Part shown: one piece after another, positions 1 through 12,900 of the stretch
How the letters are laid out: every line of letters begins with the position of its first letter
Numbering within the stretch: the first letter of the stretch is position 1
Assembly: GCA_028534125.1 (NCBI GenBank)
Contig: CM052817.1
Location: 44,704,001-44,768,000 of the forward strand
DNA: 64,000 nucleotides
Reading direction: 5' to 3'
From: Lama glama
Lineage: Eukaryota
Program-made: the position numbers and the translations under genes
The notes under the pieces: model-generated
What the model was told of the DNA's origin: nothing
The model's input: the letters and a program-made list of their open reading frames with translations, nothing else
Databases searched by the model: none

Positions 1-590
1 ATCTGTCAGTGGACACAGGTTGTCGCCATGTCTTGGCAATTATAAATAATGCTGCTAGGAACATGGGGGTCCAGATAGCTCTTCAACATAGTGTTTTTCT
101 TTCCTTTGAATATATTCCCAGAAGTGGTATTGCTGCATCATATGGGAGTTCTGTTTTTGGTTTTTTGAGGATCCTCCATACTGTTTTCCATAGTGGCTGT
201 ACCAATTTACAATCCCATCAACAGTGCACAAGGATTCCCTTTTCTCTACATCCTTGCCAGCATTTGTTGTTGCTTGTCTTTTTGGTGATGGCCATTCTAA
301 AAGGTGTGAGGTGACATCTCACTGTGGTGTTGATACGCATTTCCCTAATGATTAGTGATATTGAGCATCTTTTCGTGTACCTGTTGGTCATTTGTATATC
401 TTCTTTGGAAAAATCTCTATTCAGGTCCTTTGCCCATTTATAATTGGATTCTTTTTCTGTGATTGATTTGTATGAGTTCTTTATATATTTTGGATATTAA
501 CCCCTTATCAGATGTGTGATGTGCAGATACTATTTTTCCCCACTTCATAGATTGTCTTTTCATGTTGTTAATGTTTCTTTTGCTGTGCTC
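1..590 (-). mobile_element. LINE-1 fragment (ORF2 3' end/3'UTR, older L1M-type)
   Basis: Antisense L1 hallmarks: ctccatactgttttccatagtggctgtaccaatttacaatcccatcaacagtg; ttgagcatcttttc. Confidence 0.85.
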
Positions 591-699
591 ATGGTATAAT
601 CTTAATGAAACTTGAATAGCTCAAAATATTATAACTAATGACATATATTATAGCCTAGAAGTCAAACTTATCTCATACAGAAGCCTTTGTGATCTGATT

Positions 700-2100
700 T
701 CTCCCTGTGCATTTTAGCCTCTTCTGCTGCCTGTTCCCTGTGTGTACCCTCCATCCCAGCAATGTCAAGCTACTTGCTCTTCCCTGGATGTACTGCACTG
801 TCCTAGACCTTCATGCCTTTGCCCAGGTTCTTTCCTCTTCTCTACCTGTCTGCCTGGCAACTTACGATCCATCAAGACTCTGCTCAAGCATTTCCTTCTC
901 TGAAGCCTTCCTTGTAGACACAAGTAGGTCTGTCCTCCTGTACACAGTTATTACTCTTTGTGTGCACATCTGCTATAGTATTTAATACATTTTATTGTAG
1001 TCATTAATACACTGTCCTGCCTCATGAGACTGTGAGCCCTTAAAAAAACTACGACTTTATTATTAAGTGCTAAAAGTGATGTGCCACTGTATTAAGTACA
1101 GAGGATACAAAGACGAATAAGATAGGACTAACAAGGAGTTCCTAGTCTTGAAAGGGAGCTGGCATATAAACAAATATTGACAATACTTTATGATAAGTAC
1201 ACTAATAAAGATGGACAGATGATACATAGATAGATAGCTAGATGAAACACAGAGGTAGCAATGAGAGAAGAAACAGTGTCTTAATTAATTTTTCGTGTTT
1301 ATCCTCTAGCAGTGTGTGTGACACTTGATTGGCTTCCAATAAATTTGTTAAACCAGTAAATGCCAGGGCTTTTTGGGTACTTGTAATGTTTAGCACAAAC
1401 CTCCTATTAACAGCTATTATATCAGCATGGATATATAAAGGTGGAAAAGGTGTCGTCCTTTTTATGTACCCACCTACAGTCTTATGGCTGAGATACTTAA
1501 AACAGAAAATGATAGTAGTAGGACATTGGTGCTACAGTAGGGTTAAGCAATGATGCTAAATCCAGTCGATGCTCTACATTCCTCATCTTACTTGACTTTT
1601 CAACAACATTAGATACACATGACAATTGTTTTTCTCTTGAAACTCTCTTTTCTCTTAGGTGTCTTGGAAACACCTCTCTTGATTTTCCTCTTGCTCATTC
1701 TTTTCCAGTTTCTTATTCCAGCAAAACCCTCTGTAACAGACATAGTGTTTCCCATGGCTTCTGTTGCCACTTTCATGCCAGTGAATGTTTGCTTTGTATT
1801 TTAAGTCAAACATTTTAACTGATCTCCACACAAGTTAGTATATCTATATGTTCCTACATGACAGTTCTACGTGAAATGTTTCTCAACATTTCCAAATCCA
1901 TACATGATCTTTCCCCCAAACCTTTCTTCTAGCTATATGCACAAGGTAAAAACCTGATTCATCCTTGATACCTCTTCATTTAACCTGATATCCACTTTAC
2001 TACCAGATTTGACCAACATACCTCATATATATTTCTTAAATCTGCTTTCATTTCCACTGTTACTGTCCAAGGTTCAGACTACTCTAGTCATTCACTTGCA
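700..2100. mobile_element. Degenerate L2 fragments (both orientations)
   Basis: L2 3'-like motifs at about 760-1040 (+) and 1055-1250 (-); L2 internal-like cctcatcttacttgac...ctcttgaaactctc at about 1580-1700. Confidence 0.5.
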
Positions 2101-2729
2101 CTACTGGAGAAGAAGGTAAGGGACCTCCCTTACAGTGACTATCTAAACATTGTCAGCTGCAGAATCAGGTAGTGTCCTGTTACATTTCCTTTCTTGTGTA
2201 GTTTTTGTTTTTCCTGTGGTTCCTAATTGCCTTTCTTTTTCCTTATACTATTTACCTTTTTCATATTCTCATTTAAAAAATTATCGTATAGGTTTTCTGT
2301 CAAACCCTCCTTTGACCCAGGACACTAGGAGTTTTCTGTTCTTTAGTCTAGATGAGTTTCTTCTTAGGTCTGTTGTATAACTATTTTCTTGAAACTCCTA
2401 TCACTAATTTCCTGGTTGGATTCATAATTTCCAGGATTCACTGTTTTTTCTCTTTCTCTTTCTTGGTTTATTTCTTCATTTAGTCAAAACACATCTTTAG
2501 AAACTTCCTAAGAAAGAGTATATGGTACATACATTTCATGAATTTTTTCATTCTGAGAATGACTTAAGCTGGGTAAAGTTGAAAGTCATTTTCTCTCAGC
2601 CCTTTGAAAGTATTGTGTGCCCTTGCATCCAGCATTGCTGCTGATGGGCAGATGTCTATCTGATTCTTATTCCTTTGTAGGTGATGTTTTTTCACTTGAG
2701 GTTCATCTTTGGAAACTTTAGGGTCTTCT

Positions 2730-3509
2730 TTTTTTTTAACTTTTTTTTTTTATTGAGTTATAGTCAGTTTACAATGTTGTATCAATTTCCAGTGTAGAGC
2801 ACAATATTTCAGTTATAATGAACATACATATATTCATTGTCACATTTGTTTTTGCTGTGATCTACCACAAGATCTTATGTATATTTCCCTGTGCTATACA
2901 GTATAATCTCGTTTATCTATTCTACATATGCCTGTCACTATCTACAGATTTCAAACTCCCAGTCTGTCCCTTCCCACCCTCCTCCCCCTTGGCAACCACA
3001 AGTTTATATTCTATGTCTATGAGTCTGTTTCTGTTTTGTATTTATGTGTTTTTTTTTTTTAGATTCCACATATATATGAGCATTCTCATATGGCATTTTT
3101 CTTTCTCTTTCTGGCTTACTTCACTTAGAATGACATTCTCCAGGAACATCCATGTTGCTGCAAATGGCGTTATGTTGTCGGTTTTTATGGCTGAATAGTA
3201 TTCCATTGTGTAAATATACCACATCTTCTTTATCCAGTCATCTGTTGATGGACATTTAGGCTGTTTCCATGTCTTGGCTATTATAAATAGTGCTGCTATG
3301 AACATTGGGGTGCAAGTGTCATCCTGTAGTAGGGTTCCTTCTGGATATATGCCCAGGAACAGGATTCTTGGGTCATATGATAAGTCTATTCCTAGTCTTT
3401 TGAGGAATCTCCATACTGTTTTCCACAGTGGCTGCACCAAACTGCATTCCCACCAGCAGTGTAGGAGGGTTCCCCTTTCTCCACAGCCTCTCCAGCATTT
3501 GTCATTTGT
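2730..3509 (-). mobile_element. Young 5'-truncated LINE-1 with 9-bp TSD, nested in older L1-like sequence
   Basis: Poly(T) at left end; ORF 3042-3440 gives L1 ORF2 C-terminus-like [12 protein letters not shown]...[22 protein letters not shown] at 2721-2729 and 3510-3518. Confidence 0.92.
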
Positions 3510-4686
3510 GGGTCTTCTCTTCCTCTCTCAAATTCCACTACAATGTGCTTAGGTGTGGATTTTTGTTTTTTCATTCACTGTGCCAGGGACTCAGCAGACC
3601 CTTTTGGTCTGCAGATTTGTGCCTTTCAGCTTTGAGGAATTCAGTTTTTTTTTTTTCCTTTGATAGTTTCTCTCCCTCTGTTTCTCAGCTCTCTTTTTCT
3701 GAAGCCCCTGTTAGTCAGATATTATCTCCTAGGTTGAACCTCTAAATCTCTTACCTTTTCTTTCAAAATTTGTGTCTATTTTTTTCTGCTATTGTGGGGC
3801 ATTTTTTGACTTTCAGTATTTCTTTTGTAACTTTTTAGTTTGCAACCATATTTTTAATTTCCAGGAGCTCTTTTTTCTCCTCTGATCAGTTCTTTGGCAT
3901 GGTGTCCTGCTCTTACTTTATAGCTAAAATGTCTCTCAGATTTCTCCGCAATGCAGGTTTTTGGAAGTATTCTTCCATTGCTGCAATGTCTACCTTCGTT
4001 TCTTTAAATGTTTTCTTCTTGGTATTTGCTCATTTGTTTATCTTGATCTCTTTTTTATTTTGTGATCTTCCTTCAAGTGTTCAGTGGGTTTTGGCTTTTT
4101 GTTCATACTCTAGCATGAACAGTAAAACAAAAACAGAAACAAAAAAAAACTGATGGCAGTCTCTCTATGTCTGGGCAGAACTTGATGCTTTTACTTTAGA
4201 GTAATTAGGTAGAGCATCAGCTGTTATGCTGGGAGATCTCTCAGTGCCTGATTTTAGAGATCTTGATGAGTTTTTTTTGCAGTAGAACACCTGGATTGTT
4301 GAATGGCGGTTGTCAGCTGCCAAGTATTTTAAGTCAGTTGGAGGTAGGGGGTGACTTTTCTATATATAGAATTTCAACCAGTTCTCCTGTTCTCAGGAGT
4401 GGAGCTTGTTCCTATCTCTGTCATGAGCCAGAAGTCAGATTTGTTCTAGACACAGTGTTTCGGTTGTAAAGTAGAGAGTGAATTGAAAGGGGGCAAGGCT
4501 GAGACAGTGAGACTAAAGTATTACAGAAATCTAGGTGAGAAATAATTAATTAGGCATGAAACAGTGGTAAAAGGGGAAGGGGTACACACAACAATAAATC
4601 ACTGATATATAGATTTTGGGAAATTATTAGCTATGAGAAAATATGTCCCTCTAATGAAGACTAATTTGCAGGACATTTTTTTTCAG

Positions 4687-4796
4687 AGCAATGAATTGCA
4701 TGAGAAACAGAAGTTTTACCTAAGACAGTCAGTCATTGATTTGCAAACAAAACTTCAAGAGATGCAGATGGAGAGAGATGCTGTGGCTGACATCAG
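4687..4796 (+). CDS. CCDC158: CCDC158 coding exon (SNELHEKQ...DAVADIR)
   Basis: tttcag|AGC acceptor, AG|gttggg donor, 110 nt. Confidence 0.92.
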
Positions 4797-6899
4797 GTTG
4801 GGTTTCGTTACCTGAAATTATCTTAAAGTTTTACTCTTTGTAGTTTGAAACCACTTGTGTGAATTTGAGTTTTATCAATATTATTTCTTCTCTTTCATTT
4901 ATTTCGTAGACGAAGGGAGAGTCAGTCCCAGGAGGATTTAAGAAATCAGCTTCAAAATACCGTTCATGAACTTGAAGCTGCCAAATGCCTTAAGGAGGAT
5001 ATGCTGAAAGACAGCAACACACAGATAGAGCAGCTAAGAAAGATGATGCTTAGTCATGAGGGAGTGCTTCAAGAAATCCGAGCAATCCTAGTTGACTTTG
5101 AAGAAGCCTCAGGCAAGAAAATATACGAACACGACAGCATGTCTACCATCCACTTCCGCAGCATGGGCCCAGCTATTAGTAAAATCCTAAGAGAATTAGA
5201 CACAGAGATTTCTTTTCTTAAAGGGAGGATATTTCCAGTAAGTGGTGAGAACACTACGTCAATTTTATATTAAAATTCATGAAGACAATAGTATGAGGCG
5301 TATAATTTTTTAAATTCTTTAAAGTAAGCCAGTATCTCATTCTTGATCTCTAAAATAACAGAAGTTACTTCCACAGTGCTCTCTTTTAATAAAGGGAACT
5401 AACTTCACTTACTTGTATAGTTTCATGAGAGTTTAGCTAAAGTGAAAGATTTAATAAAATACAGCAACAGAATGTATCCAGTTTTAGTATTTGCATCTTT
5501 CTAAAGCATTCCTTTAGTTAGGAAATCTGTAAATTTTCCAAGCTTTAGATTTACCAGTTCCTAAATCAATGTCTCTTTTTTTTATAACCAGGTAGAGGAT
5601 CAGCTTGAAGCACTGAAATCTGAATCACAGAATAAAATGGAACTACTTCTTCAACAACATCAAGATAGGTAGGTTTCTGACTGAGATATAGAAAACCATA
5701 GTGAACCTGTATCATAAGTCTACAGTCTCTCATTAACAATTCCAAAATCTAAAAAGCTTTAAAACAGAATTTTTTTCATAGGTTTCTGGCAGGCTCATGA
5801 TAAGAAAAAATTATTCTGACACTTAGAAAGGGGGGAAGACTTTATTCGAGGCTATTGCTATTGTAATAGGAGTTTGCATTAGAAACTAGTCAGACTTAAC
5901 TCCCAGTATAAGGACAATGGGATTCATAGCCAAGAAGCAGGGTGAGGAGGTTAGCGGATGGAAAATTACTAGAAGAGAAGGCATTAAGTGTTGGGGGATT
6001 CTCACTAAACTGACTTAGCAAAATTTTTACTAAGCCTAGGCTTCTTACTAACACGGGTAGGGGCGTGGACTGCCAAGAGGAGGCTGACTAAAGTTTGGTC
6101 AAGGTGATAATCTTTGTCACTCATTTGTTGACAAAACCTGGTCTGAGCTAATATAAAGCTCTGTATAGTCTTTATGATTCAGTGTGAATACTTAAAAACC
6201 TATTATTGCATTAGTAATATGTCTGTCTTCTAGAAAACTTCCCTAGATCTCTCTGGGAGTGTCAATTTGTATTTAGTACTGTTATTTATTACAATTGTAA
6301 AAATTTTTTTTTAAATTCTGAATTCTCTAACTGAACTGGCCCCCAAAGGATTTGAATAAAGGATTCTGGATCTAACTTATATTCTTGTCATAAAAAGAAT
6401 AGCGTATTTAAAGCTAAAACAAAATACTAAAGTTGAGAGGGTTGAAATTATTAATTTTTGGAATAAATTCATTGTTGGGAAAATCTGTATTAAATAACAA
6501 TTAGCACATTCTTTTTATAGGATTGAGCAGTTAATAAGTGAACATGAAGTTGAAATAGCAGGACTTACCGAGAAAGCTAGCAGTGCTCGGAGCCAAGCCA
6601 ATAGTATCCAGAGTCAACTGGAAATCATTCAGTATGTGTGTCCTGGTGGTTTGAAATTGAGTCTTTTATTTCACTTTATTTTCATTAATTTTTTGTTCTA
6701 AGATCTTAAAAATTGCTTCATAATTGATTCTACAAGAAAGTAAAACTTAGTTCTAGCATTCAAATGAATAGAAAAAATTAATTAATGTGTAGATAATGCT
6801 GTCTGAACCTACCAGAAGTATTATTGCAAATATTTGGACCTTTGGGGATTAGATATTTTAAATATTGTCTATATTTCAACTGAAAGGATAAAACACCCA

Positions 6900-6979
<80 letters not shown>

Positions 6980-9900
6980 ATAAATATATAAAAATAAATA
7001 CATATGCATCATTAATTTCATAATTTGAGCTCCTATGTTGAAACTTTGTATATGGATATTTTCGGTTATACACAAAAGTAGAGAGAAGATTGTGTAATGA
7101 ACTCCTGTGTACACATCACCTACCTTTAATAGTTAACATTTTTGAACTTAAGCTTTTAAGAAGCAGTTTTGAAAAGTAAGAGACTATTGATCTAATAATG
7201 CCATATAAAACAATTAGTGGAAGTATCTAAAAGCTAGAATACCCTTAAGTATCACACTTATTCTTAGTTTGCTCTTTGCTTTTATTCCCCCTTTAAACAC
7301 TTCTTAGAGAACAAGCAAGAAACCAGAATTCAATGTATATGCGTCAACTCAGTGACCTGGAATCTACTGTTTCTCAACTACGTTCTGAATTAAGGGAAAC
7401 CAAAAGGATGTATGAGGACAAGGTGAGCTTAGGCTTTGCTGCTCTGCTTCCAGCGGCTGTTATACACAGAATCAATTACATAATCTTTAGTAGTTTTTTG
7501 AAAATGAGGAATTGAAGCAATCAAGATTAAAAGCAGTTTATAGAATGGATGCTAAATATCTACATGTTAAATTTTAGATAAAGAATTTTTAAGTTAGCTC
7601 AAATTAATTCATTCTTAGAAAAGTTTTTGCAGACTTCAAGTAAGTTTCTGAAAAATAAAGAATGAGGCCATTTTAATTTGTTTTCAAGGCTTAGTTAGCT
7701 TTAGCGAGTGCTTGGTACCAGCTGATCTCCCTCTACCACTGAATATTTCAGGGGCTTACCTCCTCTCTTACTTCAGCTCCTACATGTTAATCATTGTACT
7801 ACGAGCAAACTGAATTCACTTTAAGATTGGTCTAAATAAAAAATATTAGGAAGCTAAATCTTCATATCTCATCACACAGTTCCTATTAAAGCCCGGTATT
7901 AGTTAATATTTGTTACAGTATTCTGTTCTCTCATTCTTCATAGCTAAAGAGAAGCTGTTCATTATTATTGTCAACCATTTTTCCAGACCTTAGGTTTTTG
8001 TTAATTTCAAGGACACAAAACAGCGTTCTGTTTTGTGAACACCACCTTTCATCTTCAAAATGTTCTAGTTTGGAAGATAAATTCCATACATAATTGTCCT
8101 ACCTGTAAGACAGCCACTAACCACTAAGTTCTAACCACTTGTAGCCAATTTCTTATACCTTAGTTAATTGGGAAGAAACAGAGTATAAGGAAGCTGTCAG
8201 ATTTTCTTTATAAAAATAACTCAAATCTACCAGGTAACAGTACAAGAAAAAAGCTCCCTATGGGAAGAGGCAGTTGGAGCACTAATTCTTCCAGATATTT
8301 TCCTGCCGTTGGGCAACCCTTTCTGTAATTGCCACTGTCATCCCTGTGCTGGCCACAGGAGGGGGCTCTTTCTTCTGCATGGACTGTAAGACCTGGACTT
8401 TGAATTCCTTGTGGCACAGCTAGAAGAATGGAAAATCTAGACATGACTTTACTATAAAAGTCTAAATAATAAAGAGTAACATGTAACTATATAATCTCAG
8501 TTATGAGATTTGGGTCCTCTACAGGGGCTTTCAGACATTTTTGATCACTACCCACAGCAAGAAATATAGTTTACCATATGATCTAGTACACACGTACAAC
8601 TTGAAGCATGTTTCACTGAACAATATTACTATTACCTAGATGCTGGTACCTTTCTGTTCTCGTCAGATGCTGATTTGATGCTCACTAAGTTGATTTCATG
8701 TTTCACTGGTGGGTTGCAGCATTAATAACACTGCTCTCCCAAACCTCTTCCTTAGCTCTTGGCCTGGCTAAATCCTCGTGTCAAGGTCATTTCAACCCCT
8801 GCCACCTGGAAGCAGCCATAAGGAACCTTAGACTTCTTAAGGGCTAAAACCCAAGAAACAAAAGCCCAGAGAGAAACATTTATTCCTTTCTGCTTCTCTG
8901 AGGCCTGCTTTTTGTGTTGTGGTTTCTTTCCTCTGGATGAGCTTTTCCCTTGAAGATTAACAGCAGGAATATCCACCCCACTTTTGGCAGATCAAGCCTA
9001 CACAGAAGGTCTTGGTCTCACCCTGTAGGATGGCCATGATTTCAGTACAGCATGGGGTAAAAAGGTGCTTTATCACTCAGGTCTAGCGCAGGTAGGCTCT
9101 TTGGGAGACGTGAGCACTGACAATTTGACAACGAGAGAGGAAATAGGAGAGCTGTTGTATTATAATTCAGTACAATAACTGGTAATTCAGCACTACTCAA
9201 ACCATTTTGAAAAGACTAAATATTGATTGTTTATTGACAAATTAAGTCCTTTGAAAAGCCAAAAAACACTAAATAAAACTCAGCTCACCTGTTTGTCTTA
9301 CATAATTTGAAATTGTTACAACTTTCCATTGTAATGTTGCTTGGAAAAATTGCCCCTTCATGAACTATCACCCATTGTTTGCTAATCTGCATACAGTCTG
9401 ATATATAGCATCATGCTGATCAATTCTGAATTTGGCCATGGTGGGAAATTTTAACAAATACTAACACCAAAACAGTAGAAAAATAGCTTTTGTGCTTGTA
9501 AACATCTATCTCTTTAGCATTGTAGAAGCATAAGCATCCAGATAAATGACTGCATACCTTTTAGGTAAGTGTTTTGAGGTCACAGAGATACAAACATAAT
9601 ATTATACTCATTGTTTTGTTTTGCTCTGATGTAAACAATGGATCACCAAGAATTCTGAGTCTCAAAGTCAATATTTAATGGAAATAAAGGGGACATATTA
9701 GTTTAATTAATTTTAATCCAGATCACTGAGACTTACAATAAAGCATATTGAATCTAATTGAGTTGGCACCTAGTTGATGGTTAACTAGGCTCTCTTAATA
9801 GTAACTCCTTTTAGTCAGGGAACACTGAGAGATGATTATCCTGCCATGTTAATACAGATTTGAGTATACACCATCCTGAAAGACATTAATATATGATGTA

Positions 9901-12900
9901 ACTGAGCAAGTTTAAAAAATTTTGTATTTTGGGTTCATGAAAAATTCTATTGTTATGAAATGTTTTTGTTGTATTAAATTGAATATAGAATCTAAGGAAA
10001 CACAGATTCTGTTTAATTTCTTTCATTTTCATGTACTTTGACTTTACATTGTTAAAGCCTATTAAAACTTTAAAGTCTATTTTATTTTCCACTGCTTCAG
10101 TGCACATTTTAGTATATACTGTCCAAATAACAATAAGGAAAAAAAATATTTAAAAGCTGTGATAAAAAATGAGATTTGTGAGAAAAGAAACTTATAGGGG
10201 TATTTTGATATTATACATAAATGTATTTTATGAGAGGCAGGCCATATTTCTCCAGAGGTCAGATTCCATAAGAAAAAAGTGTTTACTATTTTTAAAATTG
10301 GTGGCATGACAGGTCTGAACAAAACTTTTCCAACTAGAATGCATGAATTAAGAGAAAACTTACTTAGGACAGTGTTTCTTTTCACATAAAAATATGTTCA
10401 TATTGATGAAAATAGAAATTGTGTTTCAAAGATTTTAGACATAGCTTATGGATGTACAAAAGTGTTTTACTGTAATGTATTTTTTTTTCTATTCTTCTCT
10501 TTCCATTTTAGGAGAACCTCCAGAATTCCCCTTTACGAATTTGGACCAGTAGAAGCTGTCACTATTGGCTCTGTAGATTTGGCTTTACTCTTAACTTTCG
10601 CTTTTTGACAACAAAAATATCTCATGATCTTGATTCTAAGTTTATTTTTCATACTTTGAAAGCATTTGGGGCTGAATTTCGTACTCAAAAAGTGAAGATT
10701 TGGTAGCACTGGCTGGAGCTATATACGGTACGGGAAGATTCTGTGCAAACCTCTTTGCATAGTTCTGCCAACGCACCTCCATGCCTACCTGCAGCATCCC
10801 TTGTTATCCCGTAACTATGTCTTTTTGCGCACAGAAAACAAAAGATACAATTTGGCATGATTGGTAATATCTAAAATGACTGTAATTTTAGAATGAGATC
10901 CCAGTACTTATTTGTCCAGTGATCCAAAACAAACAGTAGATTCATAGATGGTGAAAGGGAAAACCAGTGCTGCTACTTAAAAAGAAAAGAAAAAGAAAAA
11001 ATCTTTACTATATCTCAGATGTCAGTATTTATTCTGGACATTTTAAAAGTCTTTTCTTCATAGTGCTTTTTACAGCTGTTTGTATCAGCTCAGCTGCTAC
11101 TTCAGTGGTTTTCCCTTTCACTCTCCATTTATCTTTTTGATTGATTAATCAATATAAATATTTTTACTCTAAAAAGTGAAAGGTAAAAGCAGAGCAATAG
11201 CAGTTGAGTCAGTACTGACAACTACAAACATGTTCCTGCAGGGGTCTGGAGGAACTTCTGATATTAAGCTTAGACGGAAAGACAAGAGTTGGCTCTTTTT
11301 CTTCTTTCTTTTCTTTTTTTCTTCTTTTCAAAATTTTGGTCTTACAGATTTTAACATCAAATGGTTATCCAGAATTTTTTAAAAAGTGAAAACAGACATA
11401 AAATTGCAAGTCTTAATTTAAGGTTTTAAAGCACATTTACAAATACTTTGGTCAAAGACAGAAATGATTTTGTGCCAGAGTAGGAGTAGAAAATGTTTGT
11501 TTTAGTCATATGAGCAACTTTTCAAATTGAAAGTGTTCTTGTTAAATTTATAGCTCAAAATGTGGCTCCTTTGACCATATTTTGTTTCCAAAGACAATGG
11601 AAAACAGAATTTCAGCCTTATTAATACTGATCTCATGTGAAAAAGGATTAGAAGCAGAAATGAAAGGAATTTGAAAGATCATCTAGAACACTCTTCAAAT
11701 TATAGATGAAAAATAATAATTTAGACTCAAATTATAGACTCAGAGAGCTTATGTGACAGAAGCTGGTTCAGAATCCAAGGTGTTGCCTCTCTGATCACAT
11801 TTGTCTACTCAGAGTGAAAGTTTGTGGCTTTTTTCCTAAGTATTCCTAATGTCTTTGCTAAGTGGGCTAACTTAGGCTCTCCTAATAACAGAGCTGAGAA
11901 GGTTGTATCGACTGATATTATTCACTCATTTTTCTTAGGAAGCTTCTTGTACTGCAGAGGTTGAACTGTTATAGGGCTTTTCTCTATATATGTCCCCCGA
12001 GGAGCATAAGAATGAAACTACTTCTTTGTAGGATTATTAGAATCTCTGAGCACATTTCTGTTGGTCACAGATTATTTTACCTAATTCCTGTGAAACTTTT
12101 TTTTATATATAACATGCAATCAAAAGCAAAGTCAGTTTTAAAATACATCCAATGTAAATATTAAAATTTATATTCTGATCCCTGTAGGCTATGATACTCC
12201 TCTGTTAGTAGATGTGAAACTGTTTGATAGTCCTATATTAGTATTTTCTTAAGTCATGTATGTATGTGTAGATTAGGAGATACATATATGATGTATAACT
12301 TCTGTGTATTCATACTTATACCATTTATCAAAGAGACAGTTGCAGATATGGCTGTGTATAATATGATTAATAAGTATGTGCTGAATTAATAAATGAAGAT
12401 CTTAAATGAACTTAGTCCACTTTAAAATAGTCTTCAGGAAAAGTTAGTCTGATCCATATGTTCTCTTAAGAAGATTTAATCACAGGTTATCACCCAAACC
12501 AATCAGTAAGTTTTATTGTTGACAGTAGATTTGGAAGCCTGTTGACAGATCCCTTAGACGTAAGAAGGAATATGTAGCATTTATGCAGACATGAGAGGGT
12601 TCTTATTATTGGAAAGTGGATAATGGAATATTACCATGGGTATGATATTAAAGATCAGGTATCACTACATAACAATAGTCTCACTTATCCTTTTAAAGTA
12701 GAGTGACTATAAAATACTGACAATGGCTATAAACTTGTTATCACCCTTCATTCTCTTATATTCAATGCCTTTTATTATTGAAACTGATATTCTGAAACAG
12801 CATAGCTCTGCTAAGTATAATATAGTTCATTTGTGTGGGCTCTGCAGATTGTTATTTATGCCACATCAAGCTTCCTTAAATACCACATTATAGAACACAT

